Origin: Paracoccaceae bacterium | GTDB lineage: Bacteria > Pseudomonadota > Alphaproteobacteria > Rhodobacterales > Rhodobacteraceae | Direction of reading: 5' to 3' | Assembly (NCBI GenBank): GCA_024742695.1 | Contig: JANSXY010000012.1 | Span: forward strand, 16,433 to 80,432 | Length of the DNA stretch: 64,000 nucleotides | In this document: in pieces, positions 56,301 through 64,000 of the stretch | Layout of the letters: each line of letters starts with the position of its first letter | How positions within the stretch are numbered: the stretch's first letter is position 1 | Position numbers and translations under genes: made by a program | Notes under the pieces: generated by a model | Told to the model about the DNA's origin: nothing | Databases searched by the model: none | Seen by the model: only the letters and a program-made list of their open reading frames with translations

Positions 56301-56310
56301 CATGCGTCAA
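56297..56310. promoter_or_regulatory. FNR/FnrL-type box TTGAC-N4-GTCAA upstream of bchE
   Basis: Perfect dyad TTGACATGCGTCAA. Its centre is about 41 bp upstream of the position expected for a transcription start downstream of the TAAACT hexamer (class II geometry). Confidence 0.65.
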
Positions 56311-56329
56311 GTCGCACGGCGGCCGAATG

Positions 56330-56347
56330 TGTAAACTTGTCGTTACA
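56330..56347. promoter_or_regulatory. PpsR/CrtJ palindrome (bchE promoter)
   Basis: TGTAAACTTGTCGTTACA, 17 bp upstream of the bchE ATG. Overlaps a -10-like TAAACT. Confidence 0.8.
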
Positions 56348-56363
56348 CACAGGGGAGGCCGCC

Positions 56364-58001
56364 ATGCGCATCGCGCTGATCCATCCGAACTATCATTCCG
56401 GCGGCGCCGAGATCGCCGGCAACTGGCCGCCGGCCTGGGTCGCCTATCTCGCCGGGCATCTGCGCGACGCCGGCTTCGACGACATCCATTTCATCGACGC
56501 GATGACCAACGATCTGCCGGACGACGACCTGCGCGCGCGGCTGCGTGAGCTGAAGCCCGATGTCGTCGGCACCACCGCGATCACGCCGTCGATCTACGTC
56601 GCCGAACAGGTGCTGAAGATCGCCGAAGAGGAATGCCCGAACGCGGTCCGCGTGCTGGGCGGCATCCACGCCACCTTCATGTACAAGCAGGTTCTGTCCG
56701 AGGCGCCCTGGGTCGACGTGATCGTGCGCGGCGAGGGCGAGGAGATCTTTCGCGACCTGATCCGCTGCATCGCCGAGGGCCGCTGGCCCGCCGACCGGCG
56801 CAAGATCAGGGGGCTGGCCTTCGCCGAGGGCACCGAATTCGTCGCCACCCAGGCCGCCGCCACCGTCAAGGACCTGGACGCGATCAATCCCGACTGGTCG
56901 CTGCTGGAATGGTCGAAATACATCTACGTGCCGCTGGGCGTGCGCGTGGCGATCCCGAACATGGCGCGCGGCTGCCCGTTCACCTGTTCGTTCTGCAGCC
57001 AGTGGAAATTCTGGCGCGACTACCGCGTGCGCGACCCCAAGAAGGTGGTGGACGAGATCGAGACGCTGGTGAACGAGCATCACATCGGCTTCTTCATCCT
57101 CGCCGACGAGGAACCGACGATCAATCGCAAGAAGTTCATCGCGTTCTGCCAGGAACTGATCGACCGCGGCCTGAACGAGAAGGTGAAATGGGGCATCAAC
57201 ACCCGCGTCACCGACATCTACCGCGACCGCGAGTTGCTGAAGTTCTACCGCAAGGCGGGGCTTGTCCATGTCAGCCTCGGCACCGAGGCGGCGGCACAGC
57301 TGAAGCTCGACCGGTTCAACAAGGAAACCAAGGTTTCCGAGAACAAGGAAGCGATCCGGCTGCTGCGCGAGGCCGATATCTTCGTCGAGGCGCAGTTCAT
57401 CGTCGGGCTCGACAACGAAACCCCCGAAACGCTGGAGGAAACCTTCCAGATGGCGTGGGACTGGCAGCCCGATCTCGCCAACTGGGCGATGTACACCCCC
57501 TGGCCGTTCACGCCGCTGTTCGCCGAGATCAAGGACAAGGTCGAGGTCTTCGACTACTCGAAATACAATTTCGTCACGCCGATCATGGCGCCCGAGGCGA
57601 TGGACCGCGCCACGCTGCTGGACCGGGTGATGCACAATTACCGCCGGTTCTACATGCGCAAGGCGCTGTTCTACTATCCCTGGCGCGGCACCGGGTTCCG
57701 CCGGCGCTATCTTCTGGGCTGCCTCAAGGCGTTCCTCAAGGCCGGGTTCCAGCGCAAGTTCTACGATCTCGGCAAGGCCAACTACTGGGGGCCGCAGTCG
57801 AAGAAGGGTGTGAACTTCAACTTCGACCGAACCCGCGAAGTGGCGCAGGCGCAGATGGACGACTGGGAGGCCGCGGCCGACCGCGCGGCCCGCGCCAAGG
57901 CCCGGCGCGAGGCCGAGACCGACTCGCGCGAGCCGATCAAGGCCTGCGGCGGCGGCAGTTTCCAGATGCCCGAGAAGGCCGCGGCGGTTCCCGGGGAATA
58001 G
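56364..58001 (+). CDS. bchE: Anaerobic Mg-protoporphyrin IX monomethyl ester cyclase (B12-binding radical SAM)
   Basis: 545 aa from [14 protein letters not shown] (GGGGAGG upstream). Radical-SAM cluster motif CPFTCSFC. Confidence 0.94.
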   Translation: MRIALIHPNYHSGGAEIAGNWPPAWVAYLAGHLRDAGFDDIHFIDAMTNDLPDDDLRARLRELKPDVVGTTAITPSIYVAEQVLKIAEEECPNAVRVLGGIHATFMYKQVLSEAPWVDVIVRGEGEEIFRDLIRCIAEGRWPADRRKIRGLAFAEGTEFVATQAAATVKDLDAINPDWSLLEWSKYIYVPLGVRVAIPNMARGCPFTCSFCSQWKFWRDYRVRDPKKVVDEIETLVNEHHIGFFILADEEPTINRKKFIAFCQELIDRGLNEKVKWGINTRVTDIYRDRELLKFYRKAGLVHVSLGTEAAAQLKLDRFNKETKVSENKEAIRLLREADIFVEAQFIVGLDNETPETLEETFQMAWDWQPDLANWAMYTPWPFTPLFAEIKDKVEVFDYSKYNFVTPIMAPEAMDRATLLDRVMHNYRRFYMRKALFYYPWRGTGFRRRYLLGCLKAFLKAGFQRKFYDLGKANYWGPQSKKGVNFNFDRTREVAQAQMDDWEAAADRAARAKARREAETDSREPIKACGGGSFQMPEKAAAVPGE

Positions 58002-58004
58002 GCG

Positions 58005-58616
58005 ATGGCCGCCGTTCCAGCCGCCGATGCCGGCCCGGCGCCCGCGCCCGCCGGCGTGGTGGGGCCAAACGCGGTGATCCAGTTGGGCGCGGCATTGGGC
58101 GACATGCTGGGCCCCGGCCGCGCGGAGGCGCTGTTCGCGGCCGAGGGCTTCGGCGCATTGCTGCACGATCCGCCCGGCGCGATGATCGACCAGGCAATCC
58201 CGGCGGCGCTGATGGCGCGGCTGTGGCGCGACCTGCCCGCCGCGACGGCCCGGGCCGTGGCCGCCGAAGCCGGGCGGCGCACCGCCGACTATGTCATCGC
58301 CAACCGGATTCCCGCCGCCGCGCAATGGCTCCTGCGCCATGCCCCGCGCCAACTGGGCGCGCGGCTGCTGATGACGGCGATCCTGAAGAACGCCTGGACC
58401 TTCTGCGGTTCCGGCCGCTGCACGGTGGAGACCGGCCGGCGGCTGGCGATCACCGTCGCCGACAATCCGCTGGCCGTGCCCGGCTGCGCCTGGCATGTCG
58501 CCGTGTTCGAGAGGCTGTTCGCGCGTCTCGTGGCCGAGGGCACCGCCGTGCGGCACACGTCCTGCTGCCGCGACGGCGGCCCCTGCCGGTTCGAGATCGC
58601 CCTGCCCGGCCGCTAG
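58005..58616 (+). CDS. bchJ: BchJ (V4R-domain bacteriochlorophyll biosynthesis protein)
   Basis: 203 aa. GPNAVIQLGAALGDMLG. C-terminal Cys-rich V4R-like segment. Position is after bchE. Confidence 0.85.
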   Translation: MAAVPAADAGPAPAPAGVVGPNAVIQLGAALGDMLGPGRAEALFAAEGFGALLHDPPGAMIDQAIPAALMARLWRDLPAATARAVAAEAGRRTADYVIANRIPAAAQWLLRHAPRQLGARLLMTAILKNAWTFCGSGRCTVETGRRLAITVADNPLAVPGCAWHVAVFERLFARLVAEGTAVRHTSCCRDGGPCRFEIALPGR

Positions 58617-58631
58617 CCCGGCCCCGCGCCG

Positions 58632-59876
58632 TCAGGCGGCGCTGCGCTTGCGCGCCGGCGCGCCCGGCCCGGCAACCACGCCCGCGTCGAACAGCCGGCC
58701 GATCTCGCCCTCCGGCAGCCCGGCCACGTCGGCCAGGATCTCTTCGGTATGCGCGCCAAGCGCGGGCGCCGGGGCGGCGGGTTCGCGCGCCAGGGCGGAG
58801 AAATCGAACGGCGTGCCCGGCACCGGGTAGCGGCCGATCCCCGGCTGATCGACCTCGCTGAACATCGGATTGTCCAGCGACAGGTCCGGGTCGTCCCGGA
58901 CCGCCTCGGCAAAGCTGCGGAACACCGACCAGGTGATCCCGGCGCGGTCGAAGACCTCGGCGAAATCGGCCACGCGGCGGGCGGCGAACCACGGCTCCAG
59001 CACGGCGGTGATCGCCTTGCGGGCCTGCCAGCGCGCGCCCTCATCGGCCAGCGAGCGGCCCAGCGCGGCCTCCAGCGCGGCGATCTGCGGCCCGGTGCCC
59101 GTGGTCTCGACAAGCCCGCGCCACTGCCGTTCCGTCAGCCCGACAACCATGACGCGCTGGCCGTCGGCGCAGGCAAAATCCTGCCCGTAGGCGCCGTAGA
59201 GCGCGTTGCCGGATTTCGGCCGATCGACCCCGTTCACCGTGACCTCGCCGATGATGCCCAGATTGCCCAGCATCGCCGCGGCCACGTCCTTCAGCGCCAG
59301 GTCCACCGCCTGGCCCCGCCCGGTGCGCATCCGGTGCCGTTCGGCGGCCAGCAGGCCCGAAACCGCCATGTTGCCCGCGATGCAGTCCCAGGCGGGCAGC
59401 ACATGGGCCACCGGTTCGGTCGTGCCCTCCGGCCCGGTCGCCATCGGGAACCCCAGCGCCGGGTTCACCGTGTAATCCACCGCGGGCCGGCCGTGCCGGT
59501 CGCCGGTGAGGGTGACCATCACCAGGTCCGCGCGATGCGCCGACAGGGTTTCGTAATCCATCCAGCCGCGCACGCGCAGGTTGGTCAGGAACAGGCCCGC
59601 GTCGGGGCCGGGGGCGCAGATGATCTCGGTCACGATCTCGCGGCCGCGGGGCGACTTCATGTCGATCGCGATCGACCGCTTGCCCTTGTTCAGCCCGGCC
59701 CAGAACAGGCTGCGGCCATCCCGCGTCACCGGCCAGCGGCCGGCATCCAGCCCGCCTTCGAGCCGGTCGAATCGGATCACGTCGGCCCCCATCTGCGCCA
59801 GCGTCATGCCCGCCAGCGGGATCGCCACGAAGGCCGACCCCTCGACAACCCGCATGCCCTTCAGGATACCGTTCAT
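58632..59876 (-). CDS. Family III CoA-transferase, candidate mesaconyl-CoA C1-C4 transferase (Mct-like) or itaconate CoA-transferase
   Basis: 414 aa from MNGILKGMRVVEGSAFVAIPLAGMTLAQMGADVIRFD (CaiB/BaiF family N-terminus). GGGGAGGA upstream. ATGA overlap with the hydratase stop. Confidence 0.6.
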   Translation of the reverse strand: MNGILKGMRVVEGSAFVAIPLAGMTLAQMGADVIRFDRLEGGLDAGRWPVTRDGRSLFWAGLNKGKRSIAIDMKSPRGREIVTEIICAPGPDAGLFLTNLRVRGWMDYETLSAHRADLVMVTLTGDRHGRPAVDYTVNPALGFPMATGPEGTTEPVAHVLPAWDCIAGNMAVSGLLAAERHRMRTGRGQAVDLALKDVAAAMLGNLGIIGEVTVNGVDRPKSGNALYGAYGQDFACADGQRVMVVGLTERQWRGLVETTGTGPQIAALEAALGRSLADEGARWQARKAITAVLEPWFAARRVADFAEVFDRAGITWSVFRSFAEAVRDDPDLSLDNPMFSEVDQPGIGRYPVPGTPFDFSALAREPAAPAPALGAHTEEILADVAGLPEGEIGRLFDAGVVAGPGAPARKRSAA

Positions 59877-60739
59877 GTTGTCCTCCCCTCGAATTCCGCC
59901 TGCAAGCACCGGTGTCCCGCCGCCGCCACGGTGGCGAGCGCCAGCGCGCCCGCGGCGTCGCCCGGTTCCGCCATCAGCCGCAGCCCGTCGCCCAGGAACA
60001 GCGGATGCACGCCGCGGAACGAAAACCGCGCCGGGGCACGCCCGGTATGCCGGATCGCCGCCTCCATCAGCAGCGTCGCCTGCATCGGCCCGTGCACGAC
60101 AAGGGCGGGATAGCGTTCGACCTCGCGGGTATAGGCGAGGTCGTAGTGGATCCGGTGCGCGTTGAAGGTCGCGGCGGAATAGCGAAACAGCCGCGCCTCC
60201 GTCACCTCGACCGGCTCGTCGATCATCGGCGCGCCCGGCGCGGGCACCGCGCGCGGCGGCCGAAACACCTGCGGGATCGCGAGGTAGACGATGTCCTGGC
60301 GTTCCTCGATCAGACCGGCGGCGCCCTCGACCCGGTGCGCGACGGTGACGAAAACCATCGGCCCCGCCGCGCCTTCCTTGCGGGTCACGGCGGTGATTTC
60401 CGACTGCCGCGCCAGCCGCTCGCCAATCCGAAGGTCGCCGGTGAAGCGCAACTCGCCGCCCGCCCACATCCGCCGGTCCAGCGGCACCGGCGGCAGGAAG
60501 CCGCCGAGGCGCGGATGCCCGTCGGCCGCAAGCTCCGCCATCGGCGGATGGGCGTTGAAGGCCGCCCAGTGCCACAGCGGCGGCATCGGCGCGCCCTCGG
60601 CCACCTCGGGCGACCGCGCCGCGGGATGGCCCAGCGTCGCGGCCAGCATCGCCGCGCCCTCGCGCGTCAGCCGCCCCCCGGAGGTCTCTTGGCGGCCGAT
60701 CCAGTCCTCGGGCCGGGCGATCGTGTCGGTCGCCTGCAT
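59873..60739 (-). CDS. Double hot-dog MaoC-type enoyl-CoA hydratase, candidate mesaconyl-C4-CoA/itaconyl-CoA hydratase (Meh/Ich-like)
   Basis: 288 aa. N-terminal MaoC_dehydrat_N-like half plus a C-terminal hot-dog half (RFSFRGVHPLFLGDGLRL). Its ATG overlaps the mtkB stop (TGATG). Confidence 0.55.
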   Translation of the reverse strand: MQATDTIARPEDWIGRQETSGGRLTREGAAMLAATLGHPAARSPEVAEGAPMPPLWHWAAFNAHPPMAELAADGHPRLGGFLPPVPLDRRMWAGGELRFTGDLRIGERLARQSEITAVTRKEGAAGPMVFVTVAHRVEGAAGLIEERQDIVYLAIPQVFRPPRAVPAPGAPMIDEPVEVTEARLFRYSAATFNAHRIHYDLAYTREVERYPALVVHGPMQATLLMEAAIRHTGRAPARFSFRGVHPLFLGDGLRLMAEPGDAAGALALATVAAAGHRCLQAEFEGRTT

Positions 60740-61635
60740 CACGCCGCGGCGCGGGCCGTGAGCACGCGCGCCATCGTCTCGCCCATCGCCGACGGGTTCG
60801 GCGCCACGGCGATGCCGGCGGCGGAGAGGATTTCGACCTTCTCCTGCGCGCTTTCCCCGAAGGCCGAGATGATCGCCCCGGCATGGCCCATCTTGCGCCC
60901 CTTCGGCGCCGAAAGCCCGGCGACATAGGCGACCACCGGCTTGGTCATGTGGTCGCGCACGAAGGCCGCGGCCTCGGCCTCCTGCGGGCCGCCGATCTCG
61001 CCGATCATCATCACCGCGTCGGTGCCCGGATCGGCCTCGAAAAGCTCGAGGATGTCGCGGAACGACGAGCCGTTGATCGGGTCGCCGCCGATGCCCACGC
61101 TGGTCGATACGCCGATGCCCAGCGCCTGCATCTGGCTGGCCGCCTCGTAGCCCAGCGTGCCCGAGCGGCCGACGATGCCCACGCGGCCGGGCAGGTAGAT
61201 ATGCGGCGGCATGATGCCCATGAAGCCCTGCCCGGGCGAGATCACGCCGGCGCAGTTCGGCCCGATCAGCCGCATCTTGCGGTCCGCCGGATAGCGGCGC
61301 AGGAAGCGCTTGACCTTCATCATGTCCTGCGCGGGGATGCCGTCGGTGACGCAGACGGCGGTGCGGATGCCGGCATCCGCCGCCTCCATGATCGCGTCGG
61401 CGGCGAAGGGCGGCGGCACGAAGACGAGCGAGGCCTCCGCCCCCGTCGCCTCGACAGCGGCGCGCACCGTGTCGAAGACCGGCCGGCCCAGAACCTCGGT
61501 TCCGCCCTTGCCGGGCGTGACCCCGGCGACGACATTGGTGCCGTACTCGATCATCTCGGCGGCATGGAACTGCCCGATCCGGCCGGACATGCCCTGCACC
61601 AGAACGCGGGTGGTATTGTCGATCAGAATGGCCAT
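60739..61635 (-). CDS. mtkB: Malate--CoA ligase (malate thiokinase) alpha subunit / SucD-like
   Basis: 298 aa. CoA-binding N-terminus and the phosphohistidine loop MGHAGAII. Called Mtk rather than Suc because it is operonic with mclA. Confidence 0.7.
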   Translation of the reverse strand: MAILIDNTTRVLVQGMSGRIGQFHAAEMIEYGTNVVAGVTPGKGGTEVLGRPVFDTVRAAVEATGAEASLVFVPPPFAADAIMEAADAGIRTAVCVTDGIPAQDMMKVKRFLRRYPADRKMRLIGPNCAGVISPGQGFMGIMPPHIYLPGRVGIVGRSGTLGYEAASQMQALGIGVSTSVGIGGDPINGSSFRDILELFEADPGTDAVMMIGEIGGPQEAEAAAFVRDHMTKPVVAYVAGLSAPKGRKMGHAGAIISAFGESAQEKVEILSAAGIAVAPNPSAMGETMARVLTARAAA

Positions 61636-61646
61636 GGGTTCCTCCC

Positions 61647-62819
61647 TCAGGAGGCGCGGTCGAGCCGGGCGGCCACCGCCTTGTCGGCGGCCTCGGCCAG
61701 CGTGTCGGCGGTGATCAGCGGCAGGCCCGACTCGGCGATGATCCGGCGGCCCTCCTCGACATTGGTGCCGGCGAGCCGGACGACGACCGGCAGCGTCAGC
61801 TTCTCGGCCCGGTAGGCCTTCACCACGCCCTCGGCCACCCAGTCGCAGCGGTTGATGCCGGCGAAGATGTTGACGAGGATCACGCTGACATTGCCGTCCG
61901 ACAGCACGGTGCGGAACGCCTGCGCCACACGTTCGGGGCTGGCGCCGCCGCCGATGTCGAGGAAGTTGGCGGGCTCGCCGCCGGCCAGCTTGATCATGTC
62001 CATCGTCGCCATCGCCAGCCCGGCGCCGTTGATGATGCAGCCGATGTCGCCGTCAAGCCCGACATAGGCCAGCCCGGCATCGGCGGCATGGGATTCGCGC
62101 GGGTCTTCCTGGCTGGGATCGCGCAGCTCGGCGATCTGCGGGCGGCGATAGAGCGCGTTGGTGTCGAAGCTCATCTTCGCGTCGAGCGCGACGAGATCGC
62201 CGGTGCCGGTGACGACCAGCGGGTTGATCTCGACCATCGTCGCGTCGAGGTCGCGGTAGGCGCGGTAGCAGGCGCGCAGGATGTTGACCATCTGCGCCAC
62301 CTGGCCGCCGCGCAGCCCCAGCCCGAAGGCCAGTTCGCGGGCCTGGTATTCCGCCAGCCCCACCGCCGGGTCGATCACCATGCGGCGCAGGCTGTCGGGA
62401 TCGGTTTCGGCCAGATCCTCGATCTCCATCCCGCCATGGGCGGAGGCGACGATCATGATCCGCTCGGACTTCCGGTCCAGCACGAAGCCAAGGTACAGCT
62501 CCTGCGCGATGTCCGAGGCGCCCTCGACCCAGACGCGGTAGACCTGCTTGCCCTGCGCGCCGGTCTGCTTGGTCACCAGCGAGCGGCCGAACAGCGTGCC
62601 GGCATAGTCGCGCACCTCCTCCTCGAAGCGGCACAGCTTGACCCCGCCGGCCTCGCCGCGGCCGCCGGAATGGATCTGCGCCTTGACGACCCAGGCAGAG
62701 CCGCCCAGTTCGCGGGCCCGGTAGCCGGCCTGTTCGGGGCTGTAGGCGAGCCCGCCGCGCGGCATCGGCACGCCAAGCGCGGCCAGGATTTCCTTGGCCT
62801 GGTATTCGTGGATGTCCAT
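61647..62819 (-). CDS. mtkA: Malate--CoA ligase beta subunit / SucC-like ATP-grasp
   Basis: 390 aa. [22 protein letters not shown]...[18 protein letters not shown]. Context is the same as for mtkB. Confidence 0.7.
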   Translation of the reverse strand: MDIHEYQAKEILAALGVPMPRGGLAYSPEQAGYRARELGGSAWVVKAQIHSGGRGEAGGVKLCRFEEEVRDYAGTLFGRSLVTKQTGAQGKQVYRVWVEGASDIAQELYLGFVLDRKSERIMIVASAHGGMEIEDLAETDPDSLRRMVIDPAVGLAEYQARELAFGLGLRGGQVAQMVNILRACYRAYRDLDATMVEINPLVVTGTGDLVALDAKMSFDTNALYRRPQIAELRDPSQEDPRESHAADAGLAYVGLDGDIGCIINGAGLAMATMDMIKLAGGEPANFLDIGGGASPERVAQAFRTVLSDGNVSVILVNIFAGINRCDWVAEGVVKAYRAEKLTLPVVVRLAGTNVEEGRRIIAESGLPLITADTLAEAADKAVAARLDRAS

Positions 62820-62850
62820 CGGTTGTCCTCCCTGTCCGTGCGACCCGGCG

Positions 62851-63792
62851 TCAGCCGCGGGCCGCGATGGCCTCGGCCACCGTGAGCACGTTGCGCGCCA
62901 TCTTCTCGGATGCCGCGTCGATCATCTTGCCGTCGAGCGCGGCGGCGCCCTTGCCTTCGGCCTCGGCCTTCCTCAGTTCCTCGATGATCCGCCTGGCCTT
63001 GGTCACCTCCGCCTCGGGCGGGCTGAAGACCTCGTTGGCAAGCGCGACCTGGCTGGGGTGGATCGCCCACTTGCCCTCGCAGCCCAGCGCGGCGGCGCGG
63101 CGCGCGCCGGCCATGTAGCCATCCGGGTCGGAAAAGTCGCCGAACGGCCCGTCGATCGCGCGCAGCCCGTAGGCGCGGCAGGCCACCACCATCCGGGTGA
63201 TCGAGGCATGCCACTGGTCGCCCGGATAGTCCGGGTTCAGCCCGCCGATGTTCACGGTGCGCGCCCGCATCGAGGCGGCGTAGTCGGCGACGCCGAAATG
63301 CAACGCCTCAAGCCGCCCGCCGAACTGCGCGATCGCCTCGACGTTCGCCATGCCCAGCGCGGTTTCTATCAGCGCCTCCAGCCCGACGCGGGTGGTCAGC
63401 CCGCGGGCCTGCTCGATCTGGTTGACCATCGCCTCGACCATGTAGAGGTCGGCGGTCACGCCGACCTTCGGCACCAGCAGCGTGTGCACCCGGTCGCCGG
63501 CCTGTTCCATCACGTCGACCACGTCGCGATACATGTAGTGGGTGTCGAGCCCGTTGATCCGGACCGAGACGGTCTTGCCCCGCGCGGCCCAATCGATGTC
63601 GTTGAGCGCCTGTATCGCGTTCTTGCGGGCCTGCTCCTTCTCGGGCGGTGCGACGGCATCCTCGAGATCGAGGAACACGAAATCCGCGGCGCCTTCGGCG
63701 GCCTTGTCGATCATCGACGGGTTGGAGGCCGGGACGGCCAGTTCAGACCGCTGCAGGCGCTGACGCCGGAGCGGGAAAAGCGTATGGGACAT
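62851..63792 (-). CDS. mclA: L-malyl-CoA/beta-methylmalyl-CoA lyase (HpcH/CitE family)
   Basis: 313 aa. [60 protein letters not shown] and GKWAIHPSQ blocks, as in serine-cycle MclA. Confidence 0.85.
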   Translation of the reverse strand: MSHTLFPLRRQRLQRSELAVPASNPSMIDKAAEGAADFVFLDLEDAVAPPEKEQARKNAIQALNDIDWAARGKTVSVRINGLDTHYMYRDVVDVMEQAGDRVHTLLVPKVGVTADLYMVEAMVNQIEQARGLTTRVGLEALIETALGMANVEAIAQFGGRLEALHFGVADYAASMRARTVNIGGLNPDYPGDQWHASITRMVVACRAYGLRAIDGPFGDFSDPDGYMAGARRAAALGCEGKWAIHPSQVALANEVFSPPEAEVTKARRIIEELRKAEAEGKGAAALDGKMIDAASEKMARNVLTVAEAIAARG

Positions 63793-63818
63793 CTGTCTTT
63801 CCTGTCAGTGTGGCCGGA

Positions 63819-64000
63819 TCACTCGGCGGCGATTTGCAGCCGGGCCTCGGACGGAGTGGCTTCGGCGAACCACGTCTGGGCCGCGCCGACGCCCGACCCG
63901 AACTCGACGGCGGCGCCGGCCTCGGCCAGCGACAGTTCCGCCAGCGACAGCGCGGTCAGCACCATGCCCTCGTTCAGATCGCCCAGGTGGCCGATGCGGA
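63819..64000 (-). CDS. 3' end of a class-V aminotransferase (serine-glyoxylate/alanine-glyoxylate aminotransferase-like), truncated by the window edge
   Basis: Hand translation of the minus strand ends ...RIGHLGDLNEGMVLTALSLAELSLAEAGAAVEFGSGVGAAQTWFAEATPSEARLQIAAE*. RIGHLG...N is the usual C-terminal signature. The stop is 26 bp upstream of mclA. Confidence 0.5.
   Translation of the reverse strand, partial: RIGHLGDLNEGMVLTALSLAELSLAEAGAAVEFGSGVGAAQTWFAEATPSEARLQIAAE

Noticed and set aside
53583-56303. 906-aa minus-strand ORF antisense to bchD/bchO, and the similar 737-aa ORF at 56343-58556 opposite bchE/bchJ
   Set aside because: This is the same GC artefact. The composition is low-complexity R/G/A/P, and the sense strand carries motif-verified genes (MIDAS, GHSAG, CxxxCxxC).

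Overview
High-GC (~70%) alphaproteobacterial DNA with no rRNA, tRNA, CRISPR array, transposase or integrase that I could see. Its core, about 11.3-58.6 kb, is a complete purple-bacterial photosynthesis gene cluster (PGC) in a Rhodobacteraceae-type layout. The units are puhABC-bciE-acsF-puhE-hemA, bchFNBHLM-lhaA, ppaA-ppsR, bchG-orf428-bchP-idi, dxs, the crtEF-bchCXYZ-pufQBALMC superoperon, crtDC, tspO, crtIB, crtA-bchIDO and bchEJ. It has pufC (tetraheme cytochrome) rather than pufX, and it carries both cyclases (acsF and bchE). Eight perfect PpsR/CrtJ palindromes (TGT-N12-ACA) and one FNR-type box sit in the low-GC promoter islands. pufA and pufB are missing from or masked in the ORF track and were found by hand translation. 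Left of the PGC are an SDR, an envelope-modification trio (acyltransferase_3, GT39, spermidine-synthase-like polytopic protein), a glucosylglycerate-type compatible-solute operon and one orphan tail-anchored protein. Right of the PGC is a tightly coupled operon: a serine-glyoxylate-aminotransferase-like 3' end, mclA, mtkAB, a Meh-like hydratase and an Mct-like CoA-transferase. This operon is the least standard gene combination in the window. Other points worth a second look are an all-GC 112-bp insert between bchY and bchZ (perfect 13-bp stem plus a doubly coupled 40-codon ORF), a crtC with no usable start codon, and twin perfect hairpins between pufC and dxs. Most long ORFs antisense to these genes are GC-driven artefacts. 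All functional calls rest on motif and family recognition by eye, not on database searches.
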